NCBI GenBank assembly: GCA_013239625.1
Contig: MU054212.1
Coordinates: forward strand, 1,798,001-1,862,000
Origin: Lama guanicoe
Lineage: Eukaryota
DNA: 64,000 nucleotides
Direction: 5' to 3'
Within the stretch, counting starts at the first letter, position 1; each line of letters starts with the position of its first letter. The notes beneath the pieces were generated by a model. It was not told the origin of the DNA. It did not search any database and was given only the letters and a program-made list of their open reading frames with translations. Both the position numbers and the translations under genes were made by a program. Shown here piece by piece: positions 40,950 through 53,154 of the stretch.

Positions 40950-41090
40950 TGACTTTGAATCATGCTTCCACTTCTCTGTGAGACCCTGGGCAGGTTGCCT
41001 TACCTTTCTGAGCCTCACTTCCCTCATTTGTGAAATGAGGATGTCACGTTATCCCATAGCTGTGTGGATTTAGGGAGATGCATATGTGCT
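40950..41090 (+). mobile_element. MIR core
   Basis: CTGTGAGACCCTGGGCAGGTTGCCTTACCTTTCTGAGCCTCACTTCCCTCATTTGTGAAATGAGGAT. Confidence 0.8.
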
Positions 41091-43953
41091 TCGGGTGCAA
41101 AATTTGTTATTTGAACACAGAGCACCAGAATTTCTCAGCAGGAGAGAACCTTGTATGCAAATGCTTTGTCAAGGTTGTAGGGGAGAGACTCTGAGGTTAA
41201 ACACTACAGAAGTGAGGGTTAATATGTTATCCACCAGCAAATTGGAAGAACGTGCTTTTGCTGGAATGAGGGGCAGAGAATGAGGCTGGGAAGAGTGGAG
41301 GAGTGAAGCAGGGGATGGTGTGGGGTCGGAGCAGCCAGGAACTTCCCGGGCAGCTGGCTGAGGACACACCAGGAGCTGGGTGGCCCCTGGTGGCTGAGCT
41401 GCTGCCTCATCGGACACCTTTGGTCACCCAGCACACCCTCTCAGGAAATCTCTTCTTCTCAGGAGAGCTTTCATGGGAGCGCTGTGTAGTGTGGGTCACC
41501 CAGGGGCCAGCCGCTCCCTTGCTCTCTGCCTCCTGCCTGTGTGTCTGCTCCCACCATACAGGAGACTCCACACCTGTCTGAGCTCTCTGCAAACAATCTG
41601 CTCTCCTAGAAGCATTAGTGAGCCATGTGCCTTCACTGAGGACTGAGGATTGAGCAGAGAAGGTAGCAGAGGAGGTTCACCTTGCCCAATCTCCAACAAA
41701 AACCAACCCAACCTAAACCAGCAAAACAAAACCTGGAAATACGCACCAGACACTTCTGAGGTCTATAGTCTTTACTTGGCAGCCACACAACTGGGGGTGT
41801 TGCCTATTCTGGTCCTTTCTTCTCCAGACTCCAGTCTTGCCGGTTCCTCCTCAAGAACCACACAAGTTCCTTTCCTTGTCTTATGTCCAGAAATGGAATT
41901 ACTATCCTTTGCTCTATGTGTAGACCCTTGGACCCTTACCCTTTGGTAAGGAGCTTATCAAAAGTTCTTGCTTTAAAATGCAGCATTCTCTGGGGCATTG
42001 ACATTTCCCCAAGTGATTCCCCATGGAGACTGAAAAGTGGGGCTGACCTTTGTGTCTTTGGTATAGTGTGGACCAGAGAGGCAGCCCCTGTTAAAGTAGG
42101 ACCCTGGAGACAGAGGTAGCAATGCTGGCATGAGAACGTACTATCACTTTCCACCACCTTCTTCCCACCCTTGGATTCTCTGACTGCAGAAAAGGGGGAG
42201 GGAAAGAGGGAGGAGGAGGTCATATTTGGACATCCATGGGTAAGACTAGTCAAAGTGATCCTCCCTCTCAAGAGGCTATGAGGTGTAATTTGATATGACA
42301 GCAGTGTAGAGCCTGGTCATAGTAGGTGCTCAATAAAAGCATTTCCATTTTCCCTTAATCGTGATGAACATTGCCTTCACTCCCCACAAACCTGACAAAA
42401 AATCAGCCAAGACAGTAAGAAACCCAGGGCTGACCTATGGTCAAGCTCATTCTCCAGGGCCATCCAAGCCTTGCCATCCTGTGATCAAAGAAACCTCCCT
42501 GAAATGAGACTGACATATACAGAAAGCCTTGGGTACATTTTGTTTTCACAAAATAACGCTCACCCTCTTGTTTCTTTGTGCTCAATGACATGATGATCCT
42601 CAAAGGAATCCTTATAATTCTCTCTGGGAAGTTTGAATGCCTCTTGTAATTTAGTTAAACAGCTTGTAGGTATCACAGAGAAACTTACTACTCATGGAAG
42701 AAAAATGGACCCCCTGCACCTGATACTGGACACCTCTTAATGTCCACCTAAGGCTCCTTGTGACCACATGACTCTCCTTTTCCCCAAAAACACCAGGAAG
42801 GGACCATCAGTACATGAGCTCTCACACCATTTGCTGCTGCTCTGTTTACTGTTCCTTTATTTACATAACTAGAGCTTCAACATCCTAACATGTTTTGCAA
42901 GCTGTCATGACATGAGAAGCTGGTAATCTGCTGTATTTTGCTTGCTAACATATTTTTGACATATTTTAGCTTTTGATTATAAGATTGCATCTTTGCCTGC
43001 TACCATCTGTCTCGACTCAATGCAACTCTGGCATTTACAAAAACAGTGGGGTGTAGTATTTCTTATATACTTGGACTCTACCAGAAACATGCTATTTTCA
43101 GTCTTAACCAATATGTCATGCTTTCACACACGAAGTCTGAAATATTTGATATCTTGCGAGATCTGCCAGGGATAAGGAACATGTCTTCACATCCAATTTG
43201 GCAGAGATGAGAGATGCCTTAATGAGGAGAAGGGAGCACTATCCAGCTTCCAAGCAGAGGTGGCTTTTTATGTGGTTTATACCCTCTTGACTCTGGTTTA
43301 TCAGCATGATTAAGATCTTCTGTGGAAATACATCTTCTTTTGGACTTTGTAAGCTCCCAATGACCAACATTCTTGAGGCATATTTTTCAGTATGAAATAG
43401 TCTCCACCATCATTTGGCAACAAGGCATCTTCTACAGGGGGTCTTTTTCTTATTCCTACTCTTTAGGGAAAGTTACCCCAGGTTGGACCCAAAGGATTAG
43501 CTTGGTTCATGTCTCTGCTGACAACACAGAGGAACGTGAGGTTGTGTTCAAATAACGTGTTGGAGGAAAGGCCAAAAAAAAACAAACAAACCAAAAACAC
43601 AGACCTAACACGCATTTATTCAACACCAAGATTAAATGAGTTTACGATGTTCTTGGATTACACCCCATAGGCAAGAAGCTGTCAACTATCAACATTTTCT
43701 TTTCTTTCCATGTTCTGAGATGAGTGTAAATATATTTGTCAAGGGAATATAGTATACGCTTGGTTCAGTATATGCCCATTTTATCAGAAGGAAAGCTCTG
43801 ATTATCTGTAATCACAGTCAACCTATTTGTGGCTTTAAGAAAGGAACAGGGTGTAGTTTGGATTTACATATGGATCTGGTACCTTTTCAGATTCAGTTTT
43901 TTTTTAATCATGGAGATACATTTATTGAACCATCTAAAGGCAAGTTTTAAAAA

Positions 43954-44137
43954 TTTTTTATTTTTATGTAATTTTTAAAATTCACCTTCCACCATTTACA
44001 GTTATTACAAAATATTGGCTATATTCCCTGTGTTGTACAGCAAACCCTATCTTACACTCAGTAGTTCTTACCTCCCACTCCCCTGCCCTCATATTACCCC
44101 TCCCCTCCCGTTGTAACCACTAGTTTGTTCTCTATAT
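43954..44137 (-). mobile_element. 5'-truncated cetartiodactyl-type L1 3' end
   Basis: CCATTTACAGTTATTACAAAATATTGGCTATATTCCCTGTGTTGTACA...TACCTCCCACTCCCC...GTAACCACTAGTTTGTTCTCTATATC, preceded on plus by a T-rich tail. Confidence 0.85.
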
Positions 44138-44619
44138 CAGATTGTTTTGAATGCTGTTTTAACCTTTGTCTTGAATATGCATGACATTAGGCATATCTAG
44201 TGCAAAAGCCCGTTAATGATACAGAAATGGTTTTGGTCATCCTGGTCTGGACCACTTCTAGTTGATTTTCTGCCTTGCTGTATACTGCCGATTGTTCAGA
44301 AGCAGCTGATTGTGGGATTTTGGTACTAAACACATCAACTGAAATCATTATTGTCCAAGAGATCGAAGACAGGGGCATTTTGGACATCTAACTCCAATGT
44401 GTTGTGGCTATAAATGGGGTCCAAGCTGACCTGGAACCCAAATGCCCTTCTGCACCTTGTTAATGAGGACTGTGGTGACGGTGGGACTGAGAAAAAAGGC
44501 TGACACTGAGTCTCTGGGTGACTGTAGTTGTGAGTTGCTGGGGAGCAGGGATCTTGTCTTAGCCCCTCATCCTTTGTTGAGTAAGATGGACTGAGGACTA
44601 CAGTCAAGCTGTGAATTCA

Positions 44620-46080
44620 TCAACAGGTACTTAATTGAACTTTTATGAGGTGACATCACTGACAGTGGATTAAAATAACATACAGAGAGCAGACTCCCCA
44701 TGCTTTATAGTCCAGCTAGGAAGACAAAACTCATTTTCAAGGAAGCCATTAATTGCTAAACTAGGCTGTAAGGACAACAGGAATTTAGAGAAAGGAGATA
44801 ATGGTGCAGCTTAGACTGGGATTTACAGAAGAGGGACAGGGTCTGTGATCAGAAGACTGAACAGGACTGAGGTACATGGAGAGAAAGAAGGAAGAGTGTG
44901 TGAAGAGTAGGAGTAAATAGACATGAACAATAAAATAAAGGGATGAACTAGATGTGCAAAGAGGAAGGATCTGACTTCACTGACAGAAACAGGTTGACGC
45001 TGAATGAGGTATAATACTGGTGGGTCGTTGAGCTAGATTAAAACACTCTGGAAAGTTAAAGGAATACTCATCTTTGTGTGGAAGATAACAGACCATTACT
45101 CCAAATTCTCATAAGCAGGAAACAATGTAAACGTGGTTTTTTTTTTTTTTTTAAGAAAGACTATAAAGGAATAGTATGAGGGAATCTGAGGGATAAGAGG
45201 TGAAATGGAGAAAAAGCAGTGATTCTAGAATTAACATAAAAAAGCCTGGATTAAATAAAGATAATAATACTTAAAGCAATAACTTTCCCATACAGGGCAT
45301 TTAGTATATTTCAGGTATTTTTAGCCACTGATAATAATATTAAAGAAGGAAAAAGATTTCAGAAAAGCAAAGAAAGTTGGTCTAGGCCACATAAGCTAGT
45401 AAGTGGCAGGAAATGATGCAAGCTCCATTTAAACCATGCTCTTTTCCCTGCTTTACTCTGGGAGTCACTGGTCTTTTATTGAATGAGGAAATGATGTGAA
45501 ACAAGTGCTTTATAAAGGTGAACATGCTGGCCGTATATAAGAAGGATTAGAAAGAGGAGAGACCAGGGGTAGTAGATGAGAAGGGTCTCCCTTGGGTCCT
45601 GTCATTGGAAATAGAAAGGAAAGAATAAACATAAGAAATTTTGCCAAGCAAGAACATGGGACCTGGTGACCGATGGTCTAAATTATTGAAGGGCAGAAGA
45701 GAGTGAGGACGAGGGGAAAAAAGCCTTCTCACTGAGTGGTGAGAAGGCCGCTGGTGACCTTGGGAACACATTTTCAGTAAAAGGATATTGATGGAAGCCA
45801 GCCTGCAGGTGAGGAAGGAGTGAGTCAGTGGTCAGGAAATGGAGGATGTGGGGGCAGACCACAGATCTAAGAAATTTGGAAGAAAATAAAGGAAATAAAT
45901 AAAACAGTCTTCTGAGGAGGTTTCAGAGTCAAGAAAAATAACTTTTTTTTTTGAAGAGGGGAAAACCTGTGCACATTTGAAGACAAAGAACAGTATGAAG
46001 GTAGGATGAACATAATAAAGGAGTGTGAGAAAGAGGGGCTTCTGTGCTTGGAAGGGGTCAAAGGTGACGGGAAGGGGTGG
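44620..46080 (-). mobile_element. Long degraded L2 fragment(s)
   Basis: Purine-rich plus strand with L2 antisense phrases (TACTTAATTGAAC; GGTGACCTTGGGAACACATTTTCAGTAA...TGGAAGCCAG). Confidence 0.55.
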
Positions 46081-46090
46081 GTTAGAATCA

Positions 46091-46303
46091 TCAGACTGCC
46101 CGGCAGAACTTTCCATGATGAGGAGAATGTTCTATATCTGTGCTGTTTCGTACAGTAACCACTAGCCCCACGTGGCAGCTGAACTCTTGAAATGTTCCTA
46201 GTGAGACTGAGAAACTGACTTTTGAATTTTGCTCAATTTAAATTGATTTAATCTAAATAGCCACATATTGAAGCAGCTAGTGGCTACGCCATTGGACCCG
46301 TTG
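46091..46303. mobile_element. MER3-like hAT-Charlie element
   Basis: AGAACTTTCCATGATGAGGAGAATGTTCTATATCTGTGCTG...CCACTAGCCCCACGTGGC...AAATAGCCACAT...CTAGTGGCTAC. Confidence 0.85.
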
Positions 46304-47048
46304 CGTGACCCTTAGAGAATCAAAAGTTCTGTCTCTTGAATGAGGGAACCAAACTCATCCTCTGATTCAGTAAAAGAGAGCAGAGAGGGAGACAAACCAG
46401 GGATGTTTCACGTGTGGGGGAGGAAAAGTGAGTTTGCCTCTGCCTCCTGACCTTGATTTTTAGTGGTTATACCTTGGTGATAGCCACACTTTTAGAGCAT
46501 TAGGTGAGGGGAGCCCACCTAAGTGATAGGGATTTGAAATTCACCTCCCCATGTAGATGTCACGGTCTGAGTCTGCATGGACCAGATGAACTGAAGAGGT
46601 GCCAGATGAGATCTGGCACCAGTACTCACCCTCAGTCCATCTGCTGCACTTGATCAAGATGCTCCTTGTCCACATGAAGGGGAGATGGAAGGGGCTCTGG
46701 AAGGTTCCTTGGGATGAGGAGACCATTTCTCGAATAGATTTTCCTGGTGTGTGAGTGACAACAAAGCCCTTCTCTGATTTCCTAGACCCTGATCTGCTTC
46801 CACTTCTCATGGTTACTTTGGATCTGGGTATTTTAGAGCCAAAAGGAGGTGATTCCCCCTCAGAATAGTTTCACTTAGACATAATAGAAGTTGTTTTCCT
46901 AAGAATTTCCCATGGAGAGAGAGGAGTGTGTGTCCTGCCCTGTATTTCACAGGTAAACAAAGGGAGAGCCCCCAGTAGGCACCCGTGGCTTCCCTGAGAC
47001 ATCATCACCCATCATTCACCGGCGCACCCTCCCCTAGGTGGTGGTGTG

Positions 47049-47420
47049 TATTGTCTGGGCTGTTTTTCATAGCCTCCGCAGCTGGGAATTCAAGATGCTA
47101 TACTTAGGCAGAAGTCCATGAAGGAATTAATTGATATGAGCCAGAAGTTGATTGCCATTTAAGTACTCAGCCTCCACCATTGCCAAGTTTTCCTCTTTGC
47201 AGAAAGAACTGAGCTTGCCTGCAAACTGGCTCATTCAGGATGCGAGCGCAAGATGGAATTCAACCTTTAATATGCTGCAACACCTGCTTGGAAATAAAGG
47301 GGCTCTGTGCCTTTTCCCCCAAGGAGTTGACAGCTGACTTCATTACAGAGGAATCTGGCGGAGATGGTCGTGGCTACCCCTCAGCCTGGGGAGGCACTCA
47401 CCCAGGATCGCACCAACCAG
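47049..47420 (+). mobile_element. Fossil hAT (Ac/ZBED-like) DNA transposase fragment with an in-frame stop and frameshifts
   Basis: Frame A 47049-47156: YCLGCFS*PPQLGIQDAILRQKSMKELIDMSQKLIA. Frame B from 47158: FKYSASTIAKFSSLQKELSLPANWLIQDASARWNSTFNMLQHLLGNKGAL. Frame A from 47346: QRNLAEMVVATPQPGEALTQD. These match the hAT CxxH, LIQDxxTRWNST and WxxxxxxxxxLxPFExxT motifs in the right order and spacing. Confidence 0.85.
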
Positions 47421-48684
47421 ACCTGAGTGTTGGGATCCTGCCAGAAACCCATGCTGGGTCATTTTACCCTAAATCATTCCTCTTCCTTGAACTCTCGGAG
47501 TTTTCCGTACCTTTGGTAGCACTCCCCGACACGAGGGAGACGGTGAGAGGCTCTGGCCTGCGAAGCCAAATGGAGAAGCGTTTGCAGGTGTACTCTAATG
47601 GGATCTGGAGTTTCAAACTTCCTTTCTCAAGAGTTCTGCAGTATTGCACCCCAATGGGCACGAAGGCAGGGCTGCCATGCTCCATAGAGTGGAACTTGAG
47701 GGTTCATCGGAATCCTTGTTCAAGCTCTGGAACAGACCCAGCGCTGCTCCAAGGAGCTTCACCCGGCCTAGAGGCTGCCTCTGGTTCTTGACCTCCCATT
47801 TGGGCTGGAAGACTGGTTACATGCATCAACTTCCAAAGCAGAATGTCAGCCCTATCACCCATCAGCATAATTTCCAAAGCATATTCACCTGGCCTCCGTT
47901 AGGAACATTTAGAGCATATCTGACTTGCAACAGAGAATATTGACTTTCTACTATCTTTTTTAATCCTTCATCCTTAAAAAAATTTTATCTGAAATCTAAA
48001 TATCCAGGAACGAGGGCAGGCTTCTATAGCACACATCCATTTCTCCACCTGAAGCAGTAGAAATATGAAGGCCACAGAGCAAAAGCAAAACTGCACATGA
48101 TGCTAATATACAGAAGTCATAGAATTATTTTTAAGCAAACATTGAAAATAGTCTGGAATGAGAAGAGTTGGGAAAAAAAATAATAGTTGATGCTGAAAGT
48201 CAAAACTGGCAATCCAAGAGTGGGACCTGGCCTGAAAGTCTATCTCATATGGCCCACACAGTGGGGGGTGGCAGAGTTTGAATAACAAACAGACGAGGCT
48301 GCCAACATTTAGAAATTGGCACATGGCACATAACCACCCGGATTGCTGGCTTCTCCTGAGACACCGGGCAATCTGGCCTCGGCAAGCTGCCCTCCCTCCA
48401 GGCAACAGTTGGGGCGGGTGATGTGGGATTTGCTCCCTGGGTGGCCAGAGTCCCCGCTGGGCCAGATTTCTCACTCATCCTGGACCAGGTGGAAGGGTTG
48501 TAGGGTTCTGGGTCATTTCCTCCCTTTCTCCTTTCGAAGCGTGCCATGGGCTATGCTACTTCAGAGTTAAAATAATCATGACATGCCCAGTTGTTAAAAA
48601 GTAATGTGGGAGAGAGTCTGAGGCCCACACTACTTTCTGCTCCTTGGTGTTATGTTCAGATTTCTAGTCTTGAGTCCAGTACGC

Positions 48685-48985
48685 TTAGCTGGGCCCACTG
48701 GTTCCAGCCGTAGCTACGCCAGACTCACCCAGGGCCCTTGTAGACCAGTTGAGTTGGACTCTTTGGGGAAGAGATTCAGGCAGTGGAGTTTTTGAATGTT
48801 CTCCAGGTGATTCCAATGTAAAAAGGTCCTTGAAAAATCATAGAAATCTTTAGAGCAGTTTCTCATTTGGGACCTGATAATCCTTTGTTCTGGGGGCCTG
48901 TCCTGTGGGTTGTAGCATGTTTAGCAGCATCTCTGGCCTCTACCCGTAGATGCAGCCACACTCCTCTTCCAGGTGACCACAACTG
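48685..48985. mobile_element. Adjacent MER5-like and MER20 hAT MITE fragments
   Basis: CTCACCCAGGGCCCTTGT...CTCCAGGTGATTCCAATG (MER5), then GATAATCCTTTGTTCTGGGGGCCTGTCCTGTGGGTTGTAGCATGTTTAGCAGCATCTCTGGCCTCTACCC (MER20). Confidence 0.75.
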
Positions 48986-50184
48986 CATGAGAGCATAAAA
49001 TTAGGGTCAGGAACAGGGGCTATTGTATTGGCCACCGGACTGTATATAAGGGCAGTGAGAAATTTCTTTTTGAATTAAGTGCTAGGAAAAAAAAATCTCT
49101 TAAGGAAGTGGTATAATCCTTTCATTCAGTTACTGTTTTTCCCTTTACTACCAGGAAGCTCAAAGCCAATTCTAAAATGCATTCAAAACCAGAATTAAAG
49201 CAGAAAATAAGCCAGCTGCTTTACTATTTTCTCCCCTCTGCACGACGCTGCTTTTCCTATTAACGTTTTGTTAGTCTTTATTTAAGTTGCTTTATATTCT
49301 TAGGGAATGAATCAGGAAATAAATAGTAACAAGCAGAAGGAGGGAAGGACTGTTCCACACACTGTTCAGTGTTTACGACCCAAAGAATAGTTGGTTATAA
49401 AGAAGGACCTGCTAGATTTGGACAACCTTGTAGTCGCTGGAGGATCAGCGAGGCATATAGGGGCAACAAGGACCAACTTCTTTGGTCTCCAACTTTGGGA
49501 AGAGGCTGAACTGTGCTTGTGTTGAAGGAGTCCAGCGGCCAGCTGTGCGGCAGCCTCCAGACTGGTGAGCACCAGCCTCCACTGCTTCCTAAGAATTCCA
49601 ACCCCTGCTGTTTACTAGGAGCCTGGGAAGTCCCTCAGAGGCAGTGCTGTTAAAGGCAACCTGGGATCCATCCCTGGATAATACCATCACCTGCTTTCCT
49701 GTTCGTGAATGAAGAGCAACTTACTTTTAGTACAATATAACCCACTCATTAATAATCCGAAGTTTTAAAGCTTTTAAAAAAATCATCATGAAGTGTGGCT
49801 ATTTCATTTTAAATGCAAAATCTTTGCATAGACCAGAGATCTTAATTTTTTTAAATATAGCTGAGTATTTTAATTATGAATGTACTTGCATATTCTCAGC
49901 ATACTTCATTATTTATGTAGCTGGTGAAAAAGCTTTTTAATTAAATAGCATGCTGGCAATCCATTGTGAAATGTATAGATGTAGGTTTCCCTAGCATTGA
50001 AAAACTAAACGCACACGATACATTCTGGCAAGCACACACACGAATCACTATGAGGTGCTTGCTTCTGAATGGGCCTAAAATTTGACCAAACTTTCTTTTA
50101 TTGGTAACAAAGTAAGTAGTATGTTTTGCTAGCACTCTGCATGGTTATTCACTCAGTGCACTCAACTAATCTGGAAATGGGGTA

Positions 50185-50376
50185 AAGCAGGGGTTTCAAA
50201 GAGTGACTCCCACATCAGGAACACAAGCCCCACCCGGTAATTTTGTTCCTAGAACCACAAAATTTTGCACCCCACCCCAGGCCTACTGAGTCAGCAGTTC
50301 TGGCTGTCGGGCTGGCACCCTGCGATGTCACAAGCCTGCCAGGTGGTCCTGATGCAGGCTCAGGTTCGAGTGCCCT
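50185..50376. mobile_element. MER5-like hAT MITE
   Basis: CCCCACCCCAGGCCTACTGAGTCAG...CAAGCCTGCCAGGTGGTCCTGATGCAGGCTCAGGTTCGAG. Confidence 0.7.
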
Positions 50377-51287
50377 GGGGGAGGTTGCACCTTGCGGTTT
50401 CGTGCATGGGCCCACTGGTGACAGGCGGTCACAATAAAATGAATCAGTCCATGCTGTAATTTTCCCATCAAGATAAGTGCTATGAAGATCCTCACTTGTT
50501 TAAGGTTTAGAGAGCTGCCTGAGGTCCTGTGAGTTTCAAAGAAGGCGAAAGAGTCACAGTGGGTGAAGGATAAGCAAGAAGTGGATGAAAGTCGCCCATT
50601 ATCATCAGGGCTATACTTACGGTCTTTGACTAAACATGTATGTTGGGGCTCTGTTTGCACATTGCTAGGCTCTTCTTTCCTCCCCAAAAGGATCTGGAAT
50701 TAGAGCGCCTCCTCAGTCACCATTTTGTGACCAGTTATGTTGTCAGCAATCTTCCAGGGACACCCCACGCCTGTGTGAAGGCCGATGACCCAGCTGCATC
50801 ACCTCCCCAGGCTGGGGGCGGAGACTGGGAGGTGGGTGATTTGGAGAAGACCACGTGGAGAATCGGTGCCAGCCCGGGAACTCACAGCCGCCTGGCTCTC
50901 CACTCCGTGCTTTGTCTTCTGAATGAACAAAGCTGCTTCTTAAGTACACATAAGCCAAACTGCCTCTCAAATTGCAGCCATCTACTTTGAGTTCAGATTT
51001 GCACAGCATGACATGAATTGGGCTGCAAATTATGCAGAAAACAGCCATCACATCCATCTGTGATGTCAGAATTCGCCAGTACACTGTGACCTGGTGGTAT
51101 CCGCGAGAATATGGCGCACCTCGGGTCCGGTCCCCTCCCTGTGCGGCGTGATGCAGCTCCTTCCAGCTGCTTTTGGCCCAATGCGTTAAGGTTAAATATG
51201 ACTGAGGTTATGCCTGGGATATTCCCCAGAGCAGAACTCATTTCCAAGGGTGCAGGCAATTAGATTTTTTTTAATGGCAGTGTAACT

Positions 51288-51340
51288 AGAAAAAGAAAAC
51301 ACACAAATACACTCTTACCTAATGGTAAACTGAATTTATT
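51288..51340 (-). terminator. Cleavage/polyadenylation site: AATAAA plus GU/U-rich downstream element
   Basis: Plus-strand TTTATT at 51335-51340 is AATAAA on minus. About 20 nt further along the minus strand is GTAAGAGTGTATTTGTGTGTTTTCTTTTTCT, a typical CstF downstream element. Predicted cleavage ~51318-51322. Confidence 0.75.
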
Positions 51341-53154
51341 TCCTCTTGGAAAACAATTCCAGTAATCTCCAGGTTCAGACCGCAGAGTAAACATTAATAA
51401 CAGTAACATACAGGTTAGTTCAACTGATTCAAGAATTTGGCTGTGTGAAATCATTAAGGAAAACCTTGAACACTCAAAGCTTCAAATGGGTCCAGGAAAA
51501 AAAATTCTTTTGACAGTCTACATAACAACTATTGCATATATAGTGATGCTACCTGTCACATTGCAAGGCTTACAAATATATATACGGGCCTTATCCAGCT
51601 GTGGGGTTCTGTTCTGTGAGAACATCTCTTCATGGTTTGCAAGAATCTTCAGCAATAAAAAATAGTCTTGGATTTAACCGTTGATATACCAAAAGAGAAA
51701 TTCTAGGCTTAAGTGTTAAGAAAAGGAAGTCCAAACACAGTCTCATGTGTAATAGAGTTGTTTTAATCTGTCTTCCTTGAAAATACTTTCTCTTAAGCCA
51801 TTTTGCTCACATTAAAAAAAAAAATCTTGCCTGAATAGGGCCCAAGTCCACTTGTCTTTATAAGACCATTTTAGTATCAGACGACATAATACAGGTGAGA
51901 CACTTTATATACATGGGGTCTAGCCGGTGCTCAAAAGTTCAAACACATGAACATCCAACAGTTTTGATAATACAAGTTTTATGGTACAATACAATGTTTC
52001 TGAATAATATACATTAACAATGAAAGTTTCGTGCAAAGAGTAAAACGTGTTCCCTTTTTGTGCCACAAAAGTCATTCTCCTTGGGAGACCGTGCTTGCAC
52101 TAACTGCTGTGTTGGGTCATCGTGTGATTCTGTAATGAAAAAGAAAGGGGGAAAAACCTTAAGTGACTGTATTTTCATCAGACCAAGTATCTGAATGCTG
52201 ACTGGTTTATCAGGACTTGAATTTGGTGTTTCTGCGCCTGTAGGCCAATTCCTCTCTGTCCCCAGTAAGTGCCAGGAGGGAGGGCAGGGCCTGCGGTCCT
52301 CCCATCTCCGCCGCTGCCATGCTTCCCAGGGTACCTCCCGCCCTCCACCGGCTCTTATCAGAATGCACCATAGTTTCAAACGCCAGGCAGCACTATTTTA
52401 GCAGTTGTATTTATCTGTGCATTATTTCCATTGATTACAGATGCTTTTGTTCTGCTGGCTCTTAGAGGGTGAACATCTCGACAGCAGAGGCTCTTTCTGT
52501 CCCTGAATATAGACTTCAAAGGCAAGAGCTACCTAGCCAACAACTGGCAGAGGGGGCAGGAAGCTTCTCCAGCTCCTCTCCTGGGGGTGGGCTCCGGGCT
52601 GGGTCCCAGCCTGGCCCAGGAGCAGATCTGCAACCGCTCCCCGTCCCCAGAGGGCGCGGTCTCTGCTGTATTCTGGTAGCCTTCTCTGCATCCACACAGC
52701 ACATCCCCTTTCTAAGCCAACGTCCTGTTTCCAAATTGTGAGAGGGCAAGTGGGCTACCTGGGCAACTTACACGTACAGGCTAGGTCCTGGGGTGAGCCC
52801 TGGGAGGGTGGGCTCCATTTCTGCGCCCGTGGCCTGCATGGGGGGGTGGTCCCACACCCACAGGACGTTCATTCAGAGCAAACGCCTGGAGGTGGCCTGA
52901 TCTCCACATCCGTCCTCTGCACTTCCCCTGAGCCCTGTTCTCCCACCTCTCACCATGTACCCCCCCCCGTTCCTTTGATCAGAACCTGGAGGCCCACCAC
53001 AAAATACTACTACTACCAGGCTCCTCCCTTCTAAACTTGTGTTCCCCCTTCTCTGACTTCCCATTGTACTTTATACTGCTTATATTGCACGCATCTTAGG
53101 TCTCGTCTTTGGTTATCTGCGGTGCCGGCTCTCTATGTCAGTAATTCTGGTCTT

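Noticed and set aside
47240..47791. Longest ORF (183 aa) as a real gene
   Set aside because: It overlaps the hAT fossil largely out of frame, has no recognisable domain and no splice or promoter context.
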